From assembly GCA_038821645.1 (NCBI GenBank), contig JAWBDT010000010.1, positions 1 to 63,093 on the forward strand: a stretch of DNA of 63,093 nt. Reading direction: 5' to 3'. Positions within the stretch are counted from its first letter, which is position 1; the number at the start of each line of letters is the position of its first letter. The notes beneath the pieces are model-generated. The model was given only the letters and a program-made list of their open reading frames with translations. It had not been told where the DNA came from and ran no database searches. Shown here piece after piece: positions 50,504 to 61,551 of the stretch. This DNA comes from Ignisphaera sp. Its GTDB lineage: Archaea; Thermoproteota; Thermoprotei_A; Sulfolobales; Ignisphaeraceae. The position numbers were made by a program, and so were the translations under genes.

Positions 50504-52042
50504 TTGCAGAAGATACCTCAATTAGGTGTATCGATGTTGACAGATGTATGTTCAGTCTATGTAACTACACCTATATATTATCCAAATGATAAACCTCATC
50601 TAGGACATGCATATACTACTGTTTTAGCTGATATAGTGTCTCGTTGGTATTCTTTAATTGGATGTGAAGTTATGTTCTTAACTGGTACAGATGAACATGG
50701 TTTAAAGCTTCAACGTGAAGCTGAAAAACATGGTGTAGATCCTAAGCGATTCGTTGATAGTATGGTTGATATCTATAAAGAGTATTGGAAATTGCTCAAT
50801 ATTAGGTACAGTAGATTTATAAGAACAACTGATAGTGATCATGAGGAAACAGTTAAACTTGTTCTTAATGAGCTCTACAGAAGAGGTTATGTGTATAAAA
50901 GCAGGTATAGTGGATGGTATTGTGCAGGATGTGAGAAATTCTATAGCGAAAAAGAATACTTGATCGAGGATGATAAACCACTATGTCCTATACATAGAAG
51001 AGCTCTTGAATTTATTGAAGAAGATGCATATTTCTTGAAGCTTTCAGCTTTCAAAGACTATGTGGTAAAGATATTGCGTGAAGATGATATTGTTTATCCA
51101 AAACATTATGCTCTAGAGGTTCTAGGTAAAATAGAGATAGAAGGTTTACAGGATATAGCTATCTCTAGACTCAAGAGCAGAGTTTACTGGGGTATAGAGC
51201 TTCCTTTTGATCCTCAGTACACAGCTTATGTATGGATTGACGCATTACTCAACTATCTATCTGGATTAGGTTATCCTAGAGATATTGATAAATTCAACAA
51301 GTTTTGGAGCAATTCTATACAATTCATAGGCAAAGATATCTTATGGTTCCACACAGCTATATGGTTCTCTCTGCTAGCTATGATCGGTATACCGCCGCCC
51401 AAGAAACTTATTGTACATGCTTTCTTAACATTTAAAGGACAGAAAATGGGTAAATCGCTAGGTAATGTTGTATCTATAGACGATATGGCTAAAAGATATG
51501 GTACAGCTGAAGCAATAAGATTCATTATTGCTAGAATAGCGAATTTCGATAAAGATAGTGAAATTTCTTGGGATATCTATGACTCTATATACACTAATGA
51601 TCTAGTTAATAATTATGGCAACTTGGTTAGACGTGTAACGATGCTGGCTAAGAAAATTCTTGAAGGTATAGTTGAAAAAGATCTGGATACAGAATTCGAA
51701 CAAACTATTTCTAGAATAAGAGATAAAGCTGTTGAGAGCTATAATCAGCTAAAGATATCTGATGCAGTTAAATATGCTCTAGATATTGCTCATGAAACTA
51801 ACGCCTACCTAAATAAGAAAGAGCCCTGGAAATCTAGCAACCCTAGACCAACAATATACACTTCACTAGAAGCAATAAGAATATCTTCTCTACTTCTTTA
51901 CCCAGTTATACCTGAAACTATTGAAAAACTATTCAAAGCCATTGGTATCGAAATTAAGAAAGGACTAGATCAGTTCAATATAGGTTTTGTCTCTAGATAC
52001 ACTATCAAAGAATCTCCAATACTTTTTAAGAAAATAAATTAA
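50504..52042 (+). CDS. metG: methionine--tRNA ligase (short form)
   Basis: TTPIYYPN, HLGH, TGTDEHG, YVWIDAL, GKDI, KMGKS; probable start 50534. Confidence 0.96.
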   Translation: MQKIPQLGVSMLTDVCSVYVTTPIYYPNDKPHLGHAYTTVLADIVSRWYSLIGCEVMFLTGTDEHGLKLQREAEKHGVDPKRFVDSMVDIYKEYWKLLNIRYSRFIRTTDSDHEETVKLVLNELYRRGYVYKSRYSGWYCAGCEKFYSEKEYLIEDDKPLCPIHRRALEFIEEDAYFLKLSAFKDYVVKILREDDIVYPKHYALEVLGKIEIEGLQDIAISRLKSRVYWGIELPFDPQYTAYVWIDALLNYLSGLGYPRDIDKFNKFWSNSIQFIGKDILWFHTAIWFSLLAMIGIPPPKKLIVHAFLTFKGQKMGKSLGNVVSIDDMAKRYGTAEAIRFIIARIANFDKDSEISWDIYDSIYTNDLVNNYGNLVRRVTMLAKKILEGIVEKDLDTEFEQTISRIRDKAVESYNQLKISDAVKYALDIAHETNAYLNKKEPWKSSNPRPTIYTSLEAIRISSLLLYPVIPETIEKLFKAIGIEIKKGLDQFNIGFVSRYTIKESPILFKKIN

Positions 52043-52056
52043 ATTTTAGGATCAAG

Positions 52057-52410
52057 TTACGATGGTATGGATATAGCCGCCTCTTTTTGAGTCCAAAGAG
52101 ATTGTATGTACGTCCAAAGAGTTTCAAGTTCTTCATCAACTCTAACCCTATAGGTAGCTATATATACTGCTAATGTATATCCAAGTAGGTTGTTGAGCTC
52201 TATACATGTATCTTGATCTAGATAATGATAGCTACAGTAGGCTCTACTTAACAGAAGTGCTGTTAAAATTGCTGTAGCAAATTCTTTGTCAGCTTCTTTA
52301 GCAAAACCACTACTCCTTAAGATTTGTACTCTATAGTTCGCATGCTCTAGAACATCAACAATCTGTTGCTCTATAAGTAGCTTTGAGATACCATCCATAT
52401 CTATGGACAC
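52057..52410 (-). CDS. hypothetical helical protein
   Basis: 117-aa ORF. Confidence 0.6.
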   Translation of the reverse strand: MSIDMDGISKLLIEQQIVDVLEHANYRVQILRSSGFAKEADKEFATAILTALLLSRAYCSYHYLDQDTCIELNNLLGYTLAVYIATYRVRVDEELETLWTYIQSLWTQKEAAISIPS

Positions 52411-52562
52411 CTAGATATAGAGTTGATGAGTATTTACTTAAAAGAACTGAGATAGGAAATACCCATAGTACAGATATAGCGATAATACCTTAATTTGGTA
52501 CAATTATTGTAATCAAGACTGAGATGAATATAGTTGTGAAGTATATGTACTATAGAGGTTAT

Positions 52563-53477
52563 TTATGGTGATACAGCCCATATCCTTATATTTGATGCTG
52601 ACTTATTCTTTAGAACATCTAAAGCTTCATTACCACATATCGGGGCTCCGCTTTTTTCGAATTCGATATATATGTTGGCTGTTGTAGTATCATGAACTAT
52701 ACGCAGAAAAGCATCCTCAACATTTCCACTGATATAGACATATCTTGGCTTTTTTTCTTGAGCAACTTCTTTAATCTTTTCGATAATCTTTTCTAAAGTT
52801 AATGGTACTGATACCGTTTCTATAATTTGTGAAGATCTCATAACGCTATACAGAGTTAGAGGATCTATGCATTCATTAGCTATAGAAATCTCTTTAGCTA
52901 CCGTAGGTATTGGTTGAGCAGGGGGCTGTGGAGAGATTACTTCTACTTGTTTTTCTACTGGTTTTTCTTCGGTAGCTCCTGTAGGTGCTACCGAAGGTGG
53001 TGAGGGCTCTGGAACTGATTCTATAGGTGACACAGATACTTTTTCTTCTACCTTAACTGTAGAAGGTGCTGTAACTTCTATAGATGGAGGAATAGATGGA
53101 GCTACCATTGCTTCAGGACCTAGAGATGTTATTAAAGCTGTTCTTTCTTCTAACCTAGATAACGGGAATACAACTAAATCAATTAATACACCTTTCTTAG
53201 GTACATCTACAACTTCTATAACTCCTTCAGGTTGGTAGAGGTATCTCATTGCTGTATCACTACATACTGTACCTTCATATATAACGCCTCTGTCTACAGC
53301 TCTACAGCCAACTATACTTCCATTGACCATGGATATGGATATATAGACCCCTTGAACAATATTTCTGTAGTTTACGTAGCCTGTAAACTTCTTTGCTATA
53401 TATTCTTTCAATACTCGACCTAACGACTTTAAGTCAGCTTCAACTGTTTCTATAATGCTACCACTACTTAAAAACAT
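52563..53477 (-). CDS. DUF2226-like protein with Pro-rich linker
   Basis: FTGY...NG.IVG N-terminal domain, P/E/S-rich linker, related C-terminal domain; family from recall. Confidence 0.55.
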   Translation of the reverse strand: MFLSSGSIIETVEADLKSLGRVLKEYIAKKFTGYVNYRNIVQGVYISISMVNGSIVGCRAVDRGVIYEGTVCSDTAMRYLYQPEGVIEVVDVPKKGVLIDLVVFPLSRLEERTALITSLGPEAMVAPSIPPSIEVTAPSTVKVEEKVSVSPIESVPEPSPPSVAPTGATEEKPVEKQVEVISPQPPAQPIPTVAKEISIANECIDPLTLYSVMRSSQIIETVSVPLTLEKIIEKIKEVAQEKKPRYVYISGNVEDAFLRIVHDTTTANIYIEFEKSGAPICGNEALDVLKNKSASNIRIWAVSP

Positions 53478-53618
53478 TAATTATTACACCTAATACCTAT
53501 GAATCACTCTATTTTTGAATATATAAAAATATTTATGAAACTCCAGCAAACATTTTCATATAAAGCACGAAATATTTTTATTCCAGTTCTGCAGATGTGA
53601 TAATATTGGTGGACTCTC

Positions 53619-54032
53619 TTGTCCACAGTTATAAGAGAATTTGGAAGTATAGCCGAATTCACTAAAAGTTTAGATGATGCTGTTTCTGAATATAGAAAAA
53701 GATTAGGTGAAATGCTTAGGAGACTCGAGGAACTGAGGGTTAGAGCTGAACAAGAGAAAAAGCTTAAGAGTGTGCTCACTAAACTAGGTTTGCCGGAATC
53801 ATCATCACCTAACGAGATAGCTCTACGTAATGTAAGAGTGGTTGTGAATCCATCACCTTCACAAGAATTATCAGCTATAGAATCAGCAGTAGAAGCATTA
53901 AACAATAAAATCACATTGCTTACAGCTGTTAGAAAAGAGCTCGAGATACTGGGCAATATAGATGTAGAGGCTAAGCTAATTGTAGTCTATGTAGATGATG
54001 TACCTAGAACAGTTGTACTGAAGTTTAGTTAA
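53619..54032 (+). CDS. conserved coiled-coil hypothetical protein
   Basis: GGTGG ribosome-binding site; two long amphipathic helices. Confidence 0.7.
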   Translation: MSTVIREFGSIAEFTKSLDDAVSEYRKRLGEMLRRLEELRVRAEQEKKLKSVLTKLGLPESSSPNEIALRNVRVVVNPSPSQELSAIESAVEALNNKITLLTAVRKELEILGNIDVEAKLIVVYVDDVPRTVVLKFS

Positions 54033-54184
54033 ACTCAAGATATAGACTCTAGATATAGTTCAAATCTATTTATATTTAGTATCTTAAACATTTTCTATAG
54101 CTTTATACCAAATTCAACAAATGTTCGTATAGAAATAAAAAAATAGTATCAATAGAGAACATCTAATCTATTTATGTTTCTAAA

Positions 54185-57100
54185 CTAGAATAGCTCTTCT
54201 TCAGGTGCTAATCTTTTAGCAAGTATAGCTCTAACCTTCATTATAACATATATCGCTATACCGAGCCCTATTAGTGTAGCTATTACTGGCATATATCTCC
54301 ATAGTAGTGCTATAGGTGTTGGAGATATCGATATTAACTCACTTCTATCGCTATCAAGTGTTATATAGGGTATTTCTCCGATATTGTAATCAGGATGAGA
54401 AACCACTATTCTATAAGATCCATAGGGTATTTTTGTCTCAATAGTACCTCTTTCGTCTGTTATCAATTGTGTTATTATTGCTAAAGTTTCCATACTATAT
54501 ATAGTTACAATGGCGTTTCTAACAGGATTTACACCTTCTACAACCACAACCTTTAGTGCATAGGTTTTTCTATTTACGGGTATAGTGATAGAGGTATCGC
54601 CAACTACATTAACAACAACAAGATTAGATGGTTCGTAACCTCTATCCCATGTGCCACTAGGTATGAGCTGAACTGAGTATACTCCATAAGGTATATCAAT
54701 AGATGTGGTGATAGCTATGTTTTCAACCATCTTTGTTCCATTGATATAGACATCAAATCTTCCAACAACAACACCTATATATCTATCTTCAGCTTTAATA
54801 TCGAGTCTATACTTAACTCTCTGTATAGGTATCTTTATATTCTGTGAAGATCTTATCTCCATAGACATTGTATGAGGTGTATAGATAGAGGTATTTAAGG
54901 GCTGTACATCAATATTGTACATCCCATAGGGTAGCATTAGATATATAGTTCTGCCTGGAGGTTCAACAATATCTTCCGTAGACATAGGACCTCTTACTGC
55001 TACAGATAATGGTGATACAATTCTTCCATATACATCGACTAGATCTATCATTATGGTGTAATGGACTCTGGGAACAGCAACCTCTTGAATAATATTTTCA
55101 TAAACCCTAAGCTCTATATCATATGGTTCATACACATAACCATAGCCTTCAGATGGTGCAACTCTAAGCGTCCAATTACCATAATGTATGTTACGTATAA
55201 TCCTAGATTCTGTATTATTTGACGCAATTAGTGTACCATTTAAGTAGAGATTAATTGGTGCAACCAGTTCCTCGCTATATATGTCGCGTAACCTTATATC
55301 AACTCTATACATGTTTCTAGACATACTGATTGTATAGACCCTGATCTTAGGAACGTTCATCTCTATTTCTTTCACACCATAGACTTTTTCATAACCTTCA
55401 CAAGGTTTGAGAGTAACTCTATAAGCTCCGTAAGGCAATGTTACATTAATTACATAGTTTTCAGATGATATTATGTAGAAGGTTTTGAATATAGTTATAT
55501 TTATGGGGGCTATAGGATATGAATTCGTAAGTTCGTCTACTACCTTAATCATTACATTATATGTTTTCCTTTCAATAACTATTTGAACTTCTGTATCTTT
55601 GTCTATAAAGATCTCAGTTAAAGCAGTAGTATAAGCATCTTCGAAATCTTTTGAAGGTCTTACCTCTATTTTGTGTACACCATATAGCATTCTGATTGTG
55701 TGTGTATCTTCATATGTGTTTTCTTTCAAGAGTATGCCATCTATATATATGTCAATTGGAACTATGGGTCGTCCATACAGAAAACCATCTACTATCCTTA
55801 GTACAACATCATATTCTCTATATTTTAACCCTATATCAAGATTGCAGCATCTGGGTTTCGTTGGCAGATCTGTGTATTCCTTCCTAATGATATCTATAGT
55901 CATATCTTCTCTAAGTACAAATCTTATAGAGCTATTGTATATGTATGGTCTGCCAGTATATATATTTAATTCGTATTCAACATTAATTAATATGTTCTTT
56001 AGCATTAGCGATGTATCTCCGTTTAATCTATATTCTACAGTACCTCCTGGATATCTAAACACAACTAGAGTATCTACTGTAGATTCATTTCCAGGCATAT
56101 GGAGGTTTACTATAATATTTCTAGCCATTATATTGTCAACGGACAACATCATCTGTCTCTCTACAGCTATGTTGCTATTTCTAACAATCACTATACTACT
56201 TGAGTCTAGTAATACAATTGTCGATATATCTAGTAATGTGTCTCCATCTATATACCTCGGCGACGATAGATAAAGATCTAACGATTTCCTGAATATGGGC
56301 TGTGGATAAGGAATAGACCTTAGAACTTGAACACCACTTTCAGACACAATTACATAGGTGTAGCCAGGAGCTGTAGGTATGATGGTTATAGACTTTATTG
56401 TTGATGGTAATGTGTATATGTGTCTTAATGTGAATCCTCCTCCTGCTCGAGGTACATATACCCTTAGTCTACCATCAGATAGACCAACCATAATGTAACT
56501 TCCATCGCTATAGGTACTCGCATCACTAATAAGAGTTGTTCCTACACCTATGTAATCTTCTATAGTCGCAATGTTTCTTACTCTATCCGTTTCAATAGCT
56601 ACAGTTGTTATATATACATATCCCGGAGATCCATATACAACCTTAGGTCTAACTTCTTCTGATCCACGTATAAAGAATAGCCCGTGGAGAGGTGGGTCTA
56701 TAAGGAATGTTGCAGAAATGTTTCTTCCCATACTAATTGGTGCAGGTGTAACATCTATAAGCATGAGGTTTACTCTAAGGAAACCAGGTACTCCATACAC
56801 TTTTTCTGCAGGTCTTGTATCTACATGAGGTGTTGGTAAGATTGCTGAAGGTATAGGAATTTCTTCAGGAGGTATTCTGTATCTATTAGGATCATAAATG
56901 AATCGGTAGCTCCAAATAATTCTACCAAATACATCCCTTATCACAAAAGTTATATGTGTAAGTCTTTGGGGATCCACTTGTACAGGTATGTAGGCTACTC
57001 CTCTTGTATCAGCATTTACGCCATAAATCATAGAAGTGAATCCCACTACTGTTACGTTTACCTCTACAAGTGCTCTAGGTATAGATTCAACCTTTCCTTC

Positions 57101-57901
57101 GTATATATATGTGACATTGAGGACAAACCTAACCACATCTCTTTGAGGTATATAGGCCAGTAATACTTTTGATGCATCCCAATAGAATCCATCGCCACCA
57201 TATATAGCTAGAGGAGCTACATCTTGAACATATATACCTTCATATGCTCTACCTAGAGCTGTAGCATTCCCTACCTTAGGACCTATTCTAAATATTCCTT
57301 GAGCTTCTTCATCGAGTATATAGAGGTGACAGTTCATACAAGGTGCTACACTAGGTCCTCCTTCGCTTACTAATGCTAGGATCTTCATGTTTCCTACGCT
57401 ATCTTTTGCCAAAAATATTTTATTTACGTAGAAATCTGCTCCAAGGATTATGTAGAGATGTTTGGTTATTCTACCTCCATCAACTCTGAACACAAGTATT
57501 TCTCCACGATCACTTCCAACAGCTATTCTTGTTGTTGGATAACCATCTCTAGCTGTACACGTTGGTAAACCTGTTAATGGATAAATATCCTCTATGACAG
57601 GATCTCTATAGGGATTCGATACATCGAGTACAACAACACCATTAACATTACCTATACTACCTACAACCATAACTCTCGATCTATCTAGTAAGTTGATGTA
57701 CTTCGGTGCTATACCTATAGATGCCAAATCGATTGAATATGCAAAAACCATGTTCCTAGGCTCTATGAATTGTGAATATACATAAAGATCTCGACTGATG
57801 ATGCATAGAGATAAGAGTACAACTATCACAATAGAGATCCTAGTAATTCTTGGTACGAGTTTTGTTTTTGGTATAACCTTTAGGTTCATTTTTACACCCA
57901 T
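54185..57901 (-). CDS. large cell-surface/adhesin-like protein with repeated PEGA/CarboxypepD_reg-like domains
   Basis: Signal peptide, beta-propeller-like N-terminus, about 6 repeats with (L/I)PYG.Y, C-terminal TM. Confidence 0.8.
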   Translation of the reverse strand: MGVKMNLKVIPKTKLVPRITRISIVIVVLLSLCIISRDLYVYSQFIEPRNMVFAYSIDLASIGIAPKYINLLDRSRVMVVGSIGNVNGVVVLDVSNPYRDPVIEDIYPLTGLPTCTARDGYPTTRIAVGSDRGEILVFRVDGGRITKHLYIILGADFYVNKIFLAKDSVGNMKILALVSEGGPSVAPCMNCHLYILDEEAQGIFRIGPKVGNATALGRAYEGIYVQDVAPLAIYGGDGFYWDASKVLLAYIPQRDVVRFVLNVTYIYEGKVESIPRALVEVNVTVVGFTSMIYGVNADTRGVAYIPVQVDPQRLTHITFVIRDVFGRIIWSYRFIYDPNRYRIPPEEIPIPSAILPTPHVDTRPAEKVYGVPGFLRVNLMLIDVTPAPISMGRNISATFLIDPPLHGLFFIRGSEEVRPKVVYGSPGYVYITTVAIETDRVRNIATIEDYIGVGTTLISDASTYSDGSYIMVGLSDGRLRVYVPRAGGGFTLRHIYTLPSTIKSITIIPTAPGYTYVIVSESGVQVLRSIPYPQPIFRKSLDLYLSSPRYIDGDTLLDISTIVLLDSSSIVIVRNSNIAVERQMMLSVDNIMARNIIVNLHMPGNESTVDTLVVFRYPGGTVEYRLNGDTSLMLKNILINVEYELNIYTGRPYIYNSSIRFVLREDMTIDIIRKEYTDLPTKPRCCNLDIGLKYREYDVVLRIVDGFLYGRPIVPIDIYIDGILLKENTYEDTHTIRMLYGVHKIEVRPSKDFEDAYTTALTEIFIDKDTEVQIVIERKTYNVMIKVVDELTNSYPIAPINITIFKTFYIISSENYVINVTLPYGAYRVTLKPCEGYEKVYGVKEIEMNVPKIRVYTISMSRNMYRVDIRLRDIYSEELVAPINLYLNGTLIASNNTESRIIRNIHYGNWTLRVAPSEGYGYVYEPYDIELRVYENIIQEVAVPRVHYTIMIDLVDVYGRIVSPLSVAVRGPMSTEDIVEPPGRTIYLMLPYGMYNIDVQPLNTSIYTPHTMSMEIRSSQNIKIPIQRVKYRLDIKAEDRYIGVVVGRFDVYINGTKMVENIAITTSIDIPYGVYSVQLIPSGTWDRGYEPSNLVVVNVVGDTSITIPVNRKTYALKVVVVEGVNPVRNAIVTIYSMETLAIITQLITDERGTIETKIPYGSYRIVVSHPDYNIGEIPYITLDSDRSELISISPTPIALLWRYMPVIATLIGLGIAIYVIMKVRAILAKRLAPEEELF

Positions 57902-58047
57902 CCTGCAACCCTATTGATTCCTACATTAATATATCGATAAACCTTCTATATATCTCTTAATGAATGATTCTCAAATGTAGCGAAATACATAAGATATTTA
58001 TACTACTCTACAGTAATTATTTTTCGTGTATCTAGATCTGGTGATGT

Positions 58048-59691
58048 GTGAAAATCATGTCCAAAGACACGAAGAGCCCCAAGTTTGGTTTTCTTGACAA
58101 ATTTAGTAGAAAGAAGGAACAACAAAAGAAAATCGAAGAGGAGAATATAGTTGAGGAGAGTAAATCTGGAGAAGAGATTCCTGAAATCATTAGGTATACA
58201 CATAAGCTCTACAGTATTAGAAGAGGCTACAAAGTCATTGAGAGTTACCCCATACACGAACCTTTTGTGTATATAAATATTGTTGAAGATCCTGATGGCA
58301 AACTCATATATGAGGTCTACGAGATTTCTCTAACACTTGAGGAAGAGAAGGTATATAGAGATATTAAAGACCATATAGTGTGGGAGATAAAGCCTATAGC
58401 TAGTCTAGATATAGATGTTGCTAAAGAGATCAAGAAAATTGCTAGAAAAGTTATCAGAGAGTTCCAGATAAGATTCACAAAAACGCCTGGTCTTTCTTGG
58501 AGTAAGATAGAGTACTATATAGAGAGAGATATTATAGGTTATGGTGTTCTTGACCCTATATTTAGAGATAGATATATAGAGGATATATCTTGTAATGGTC
58601 CTAAGAAACCTGTTTATGTTTGGCATAGAAAGTATGAATCTATACCCACCAACATAGAGTTTATATCTGATGTAGAGCTAGATGAATATATACTCAAGCT
58701 TGCCCATATGTCTGGAAAACACATCTCTGTAGCCTATCCCGTTCTAGATGCTATTCTTCCTGGTGGACATAGATTAGCAGCAACTTTTAGGAAAGAGGTA
58801 TCTACTTCTGGATCTACATTCACTATAAGAAAGTTTAGTGAATCACCTATAACCATAGTCGATATGATTTCATCTAAAACACTTTCTCCAGAGATAGCTG
58901 CATATTTTTGGCTAGCGATGGAGCATAAGATGACTACTTTGATAATGGGTGTAACAGGCGCTGGAAAAACATCAACATTGAATGCTCTTGCAACTCTTCT
59001 TAGACCTACATACAAGATAGTAACTATAGAGGATACTCCCGAGATAAGGATACCTCATGAGAATTGGGTACAGCTTGTATCAAGACCTTCATATATAGGT
59101 AGTGGTGTTGGAGAAGTATCGCTATTCCATCTAGTGAAACTGTCTCTGAGATATAGACCAGATGTTATTGTTGTTGGCGAGGTTAGAGGTGAAGAGGCTT
59201 ATGTGCTTTTCCAAGCTATTGCTACAGGTCACAGCGGTATGACCACACTCCATGCAGAGAACATAGATGCTGCTGTCAAGAGACTTACCTCTGAACCTAT
59301 GAATATACCTCCATCATATATACCTTTAGTCAATATAGCTATGGTTATAAGGAGGGTTCAGGTAAGAGATGAGAGAGGTAGACCTAGACCAGGTAGAAGG
59401 ATAACCAATATCTGGGAAGTTAGAGACTATGAAAACTATATAGAGATAGCTAGATGGAATCCATCAGAAGATGTATTCGACATGGATCTCAAAAACAGTA
59501 TAGTTATCAAAAAAATAAGCGAGTTAACGGGACAACCATACGATGTTCTTATAGATGAGATTGAGAGACGTAGAAGAGTTCTAGAGTGGCTCATGATCAA
59601 GAATAAGAGTGACTATCGATCTGTAGCAACATATGTCTATAGGTATTATGTGGCTCCTGAATCTGTGCTTAAAGAGATGGGGATGAGTTAA
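58048..59691 (+). CDS. type IV pilus / type II-IV secretion ATPase
   Basis: EDISCNG, FTIRKF, GVTGAGKT, IEDTPE, LRYRPD..VGEVRG, TGH. Confidence 0.95.
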   Translation: MKIMSKDTKSPKFGFLDKFSRKKEQQKKIEEENIVEESKSGEEIPEIIRYTHKLYSIRRGYKVIESYPIHEPFVYINIVEDPDGKLIYEVYEISLTLEEEKVYRDIKDHIVWEIKPIASLDIDVAKEIKKIARKVIREFQIRFTKTPGLSWSKIEYYIERDIIGYGVLDPIFRDRYIEDISCNGPKKPVYVWHRKYESIPTNIEFISDVELDEYILKLAHMSGKHISVAYPVLDAILPGGHRLAATFRKEVSTSGSTFTIRKFSESPITIVDMISSKTLSPEIAAYFWLAMEHKMTTLIMGVTGAGKTSTLNALATLLRPTYKIVTIEDTPEIRIPHENWVQLVSRPSYIGSGVGEVSLFHLVKLSLRYRPDVIVVGEVRGEEAYVLFQAIATGHSGMTTLHAENIDAAVKRLTSEPMNIPPSYIPLVNIAMVIRRVQVRDERGRPRPGRRITNIWEVRDYENYIEIARWNPSEDVFDMDLKNSIVIKKISELTGQPYDVLIDEIERRRRVLEWLMIKNKSDYRSVATYVYRYYVAPESVLKEMGMS

Positions 59692-61541
59692 TGACAGTTA
59701 ATCAAGAAGATTCTAAAGCTTCTAAAAAACTCTTCAAGAAAAAGGCTAAAGAAGAGCAGCAGACGAAAGCTAGCCGAAAATCTGCTAGACATGTTAGGAT
59801 AACTACGAGAGATGTTTTCACAGCATTTTCTCTAACATTCTTCGAATCTACTGGTAGGAAATTTGCTAGAGCTTTTGAGCTAGATAAAGCATTTAATAGA
59901 GCTGGTCTCAATATACATCCTGTTAAATATGGTGCTGAAACCTTATCTCTATTGTTCTTCTCGATACTGTTTACAGTTGTCGGTTTCTTCATAATAGTTC
60001 TCACTACTTCTTTAACAGTTGTTCAATTGATTATAGGAATAGTTGTAGCAATAATGATACCCCTCATGGTGCTTATGGTAAGGCTTCTCTATCCCTATAT
60101 ACTCATCACTATGAGGAGAGTAGATGTTGAGAATGAGCTGCCGTTCTTTATGGCCTATATAGCTACAATGGTTAGAGGTGGATATAGTCTAGAGAAAGTT
60201 ATTGAAAGAGTTTCTCAGCTAAAGGTGTTTAAAGCTATTAGGAAAGAAGCCCAGAGGGTTATGACTAGGATCAAGATATTTGGTGAAGATCCTGTAACAG
60301 CTCTTGAGAAAGTTGCTTCTAATCATCCAAGCTCAAAATTCAGAGACATTATGTTGGGATACACAACTACCCTTAGGAGTGGTGGTGATGTTCTTCACTA
60401 TCTAGAGATAAGAACGAGAGAGCTTTTCGAGGCTAGAGCAACTGAGGTTAGAGGTATTCTAAATAGGCTTATGTCTTTTCTCGAAGTCTACATAATATTT
60501 GGTGTTATCGTTTCTGTCGTTATATTTGTGTTCTTTGTAGTTTCAGCCGCTATATCTGCTGCACAAGCTCTTAGAACCCCAGAACAGCTTGAAGGCTTCT
60601 CTATCGATATAACAACACCTTCTCTATACAACTTCTTTGTGCTACCAGTTATGGGTATAGCTATAGCTCTAGCTATACACATAAACCAGCCTAGAAATCC
60701 TGTAGGATTTGGAGAAACATATACCGTGTTACTCACATGGATCCCCATATCTATAGCCATATTCGTAATTGTTCTAACAGTTACAGGAGGTATGGATATC
60801 TTCATGGGGAGACTAGGTACTCAGCAAGTTAAATCAGCTGTATATGCAACTTCATCAGCACTTATAGCTCTCTCTGTACCACCAGCACTAAAGTATAGAT
60901 CTCTTCTCAAAGGTCATAGAGGGCTTGTGAAAGCTACAGCAGATCTTCTTAGAGATATAAGTGAGGTAAGGAAAACTGGTCTAAGTCCAGAGAAATGCAT
61001 TATCCTTGTATCTTCTAGAAACTATAGATCTCTAACACCAGTAGTCGAGAGATCTGCAGCTGCTCTATCGATAGGGTTTAGTCTTGAAGAAGCTCTTAGA
61101 AAAGCTCTAAAAGGTGTGAAAGAATGGTTCACTATAGCTTCATTCAGATTTCTAACAGATTCTATAATTGTTGGTGGTGGTTCTCCAGAGGTTATAGATA
61201 CTCTAGCTAGATTCACACAAGTTTTGAGTGAGTTAGAGGAAGAAACTAGGAGAAGGATGAGGAGCCAGATATTCCTGCCATACTTCGGGGCAATACTACT
61301 CTCATCTATACCGATAATAATTCTCTATATGCTTCTCTCTATAGCAAACATACCTATAGCCAAACTATCACCATTACTTCTAGTAATATCTCTAGGAAGC
61401 ATAGTAAACTCATACATGATGGGCATAATAGCTGGTAAAGCATCACAAACAACAATAGCTGCAGGCTTTCTCCATGCAACAATACTAACAACAGTATCCA
61501 CTATAGCGACTCTAGCAACATTCATATACATAGGTATATAG
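59691..61541 (+). CDS. TadC/GspF-type pilus membrane platform protein
   Basis: Two T2SSF domains (ENELPF..., DLLRDISE..KTG), many TM segments. Confidence 0.92.
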   Translation: MTVNQEDSKASKKLFKKKAKEEQQTKASRKSARHVRITTRDVFTAFSLTFFESTGRKFARAFELDKAFNRAGLNIHPVKYGAETLSLLFFSILFTVVGFFIIVLTTSLTVVQLIIGIVVAIMIPLMVLMVRLLYPYILITMRRVDVENELPFFMAYIATMVRGGYSLEKVIERVSQLKVFKAIRKEAQRVMTRIKIFGEDPVTALEKVASNHPSSKFRDIMLGYTTTLRSGGDVLHYLEIRTRELFEARATEVRGILNRLMSFLEVYIIFGVIVSVVIFVFFVVSAAISAAQALRTPEQLEGFSIDITTPSLYNFFVLPVMGIAIALAIHINQPRNPVGFGETYTVLLTWIPISIAIFVIVLTVTGGMDIFMGRLGTQQVKSAVYATSSALIALSVPPALKYRSLLKGHRGLVKATADLLRDISEVRKTGLSPEKCIILVSSRNYRSLTPVVERSAAALSIGFSLEEALRKALKGVKEWFTIASFRFLTDSIIVGGGSPEVIDTLARFTQVLSELEEETRRRMRSQIFLPYFGAILLSSIPIIILYMLLSIANIPIAKLSPLLLVISLGSIVNSYMMGIIAGKASQTTIAAGFLHATILTTVSTIATLATFIYIGI

Positions 61542-61551
61542 AGGTAACCAA

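Noticed and set aside
52423-52450. TTGATGA...CTGA
   Set aside because: Only one short AT-rich spacer; overlaps a likely promoter
55671-56273. 200-aa plus-strand ORF and similar short overlapping ORFs throughout the track
   Set aside because: Antisense or out-of-frame to well-supported genes
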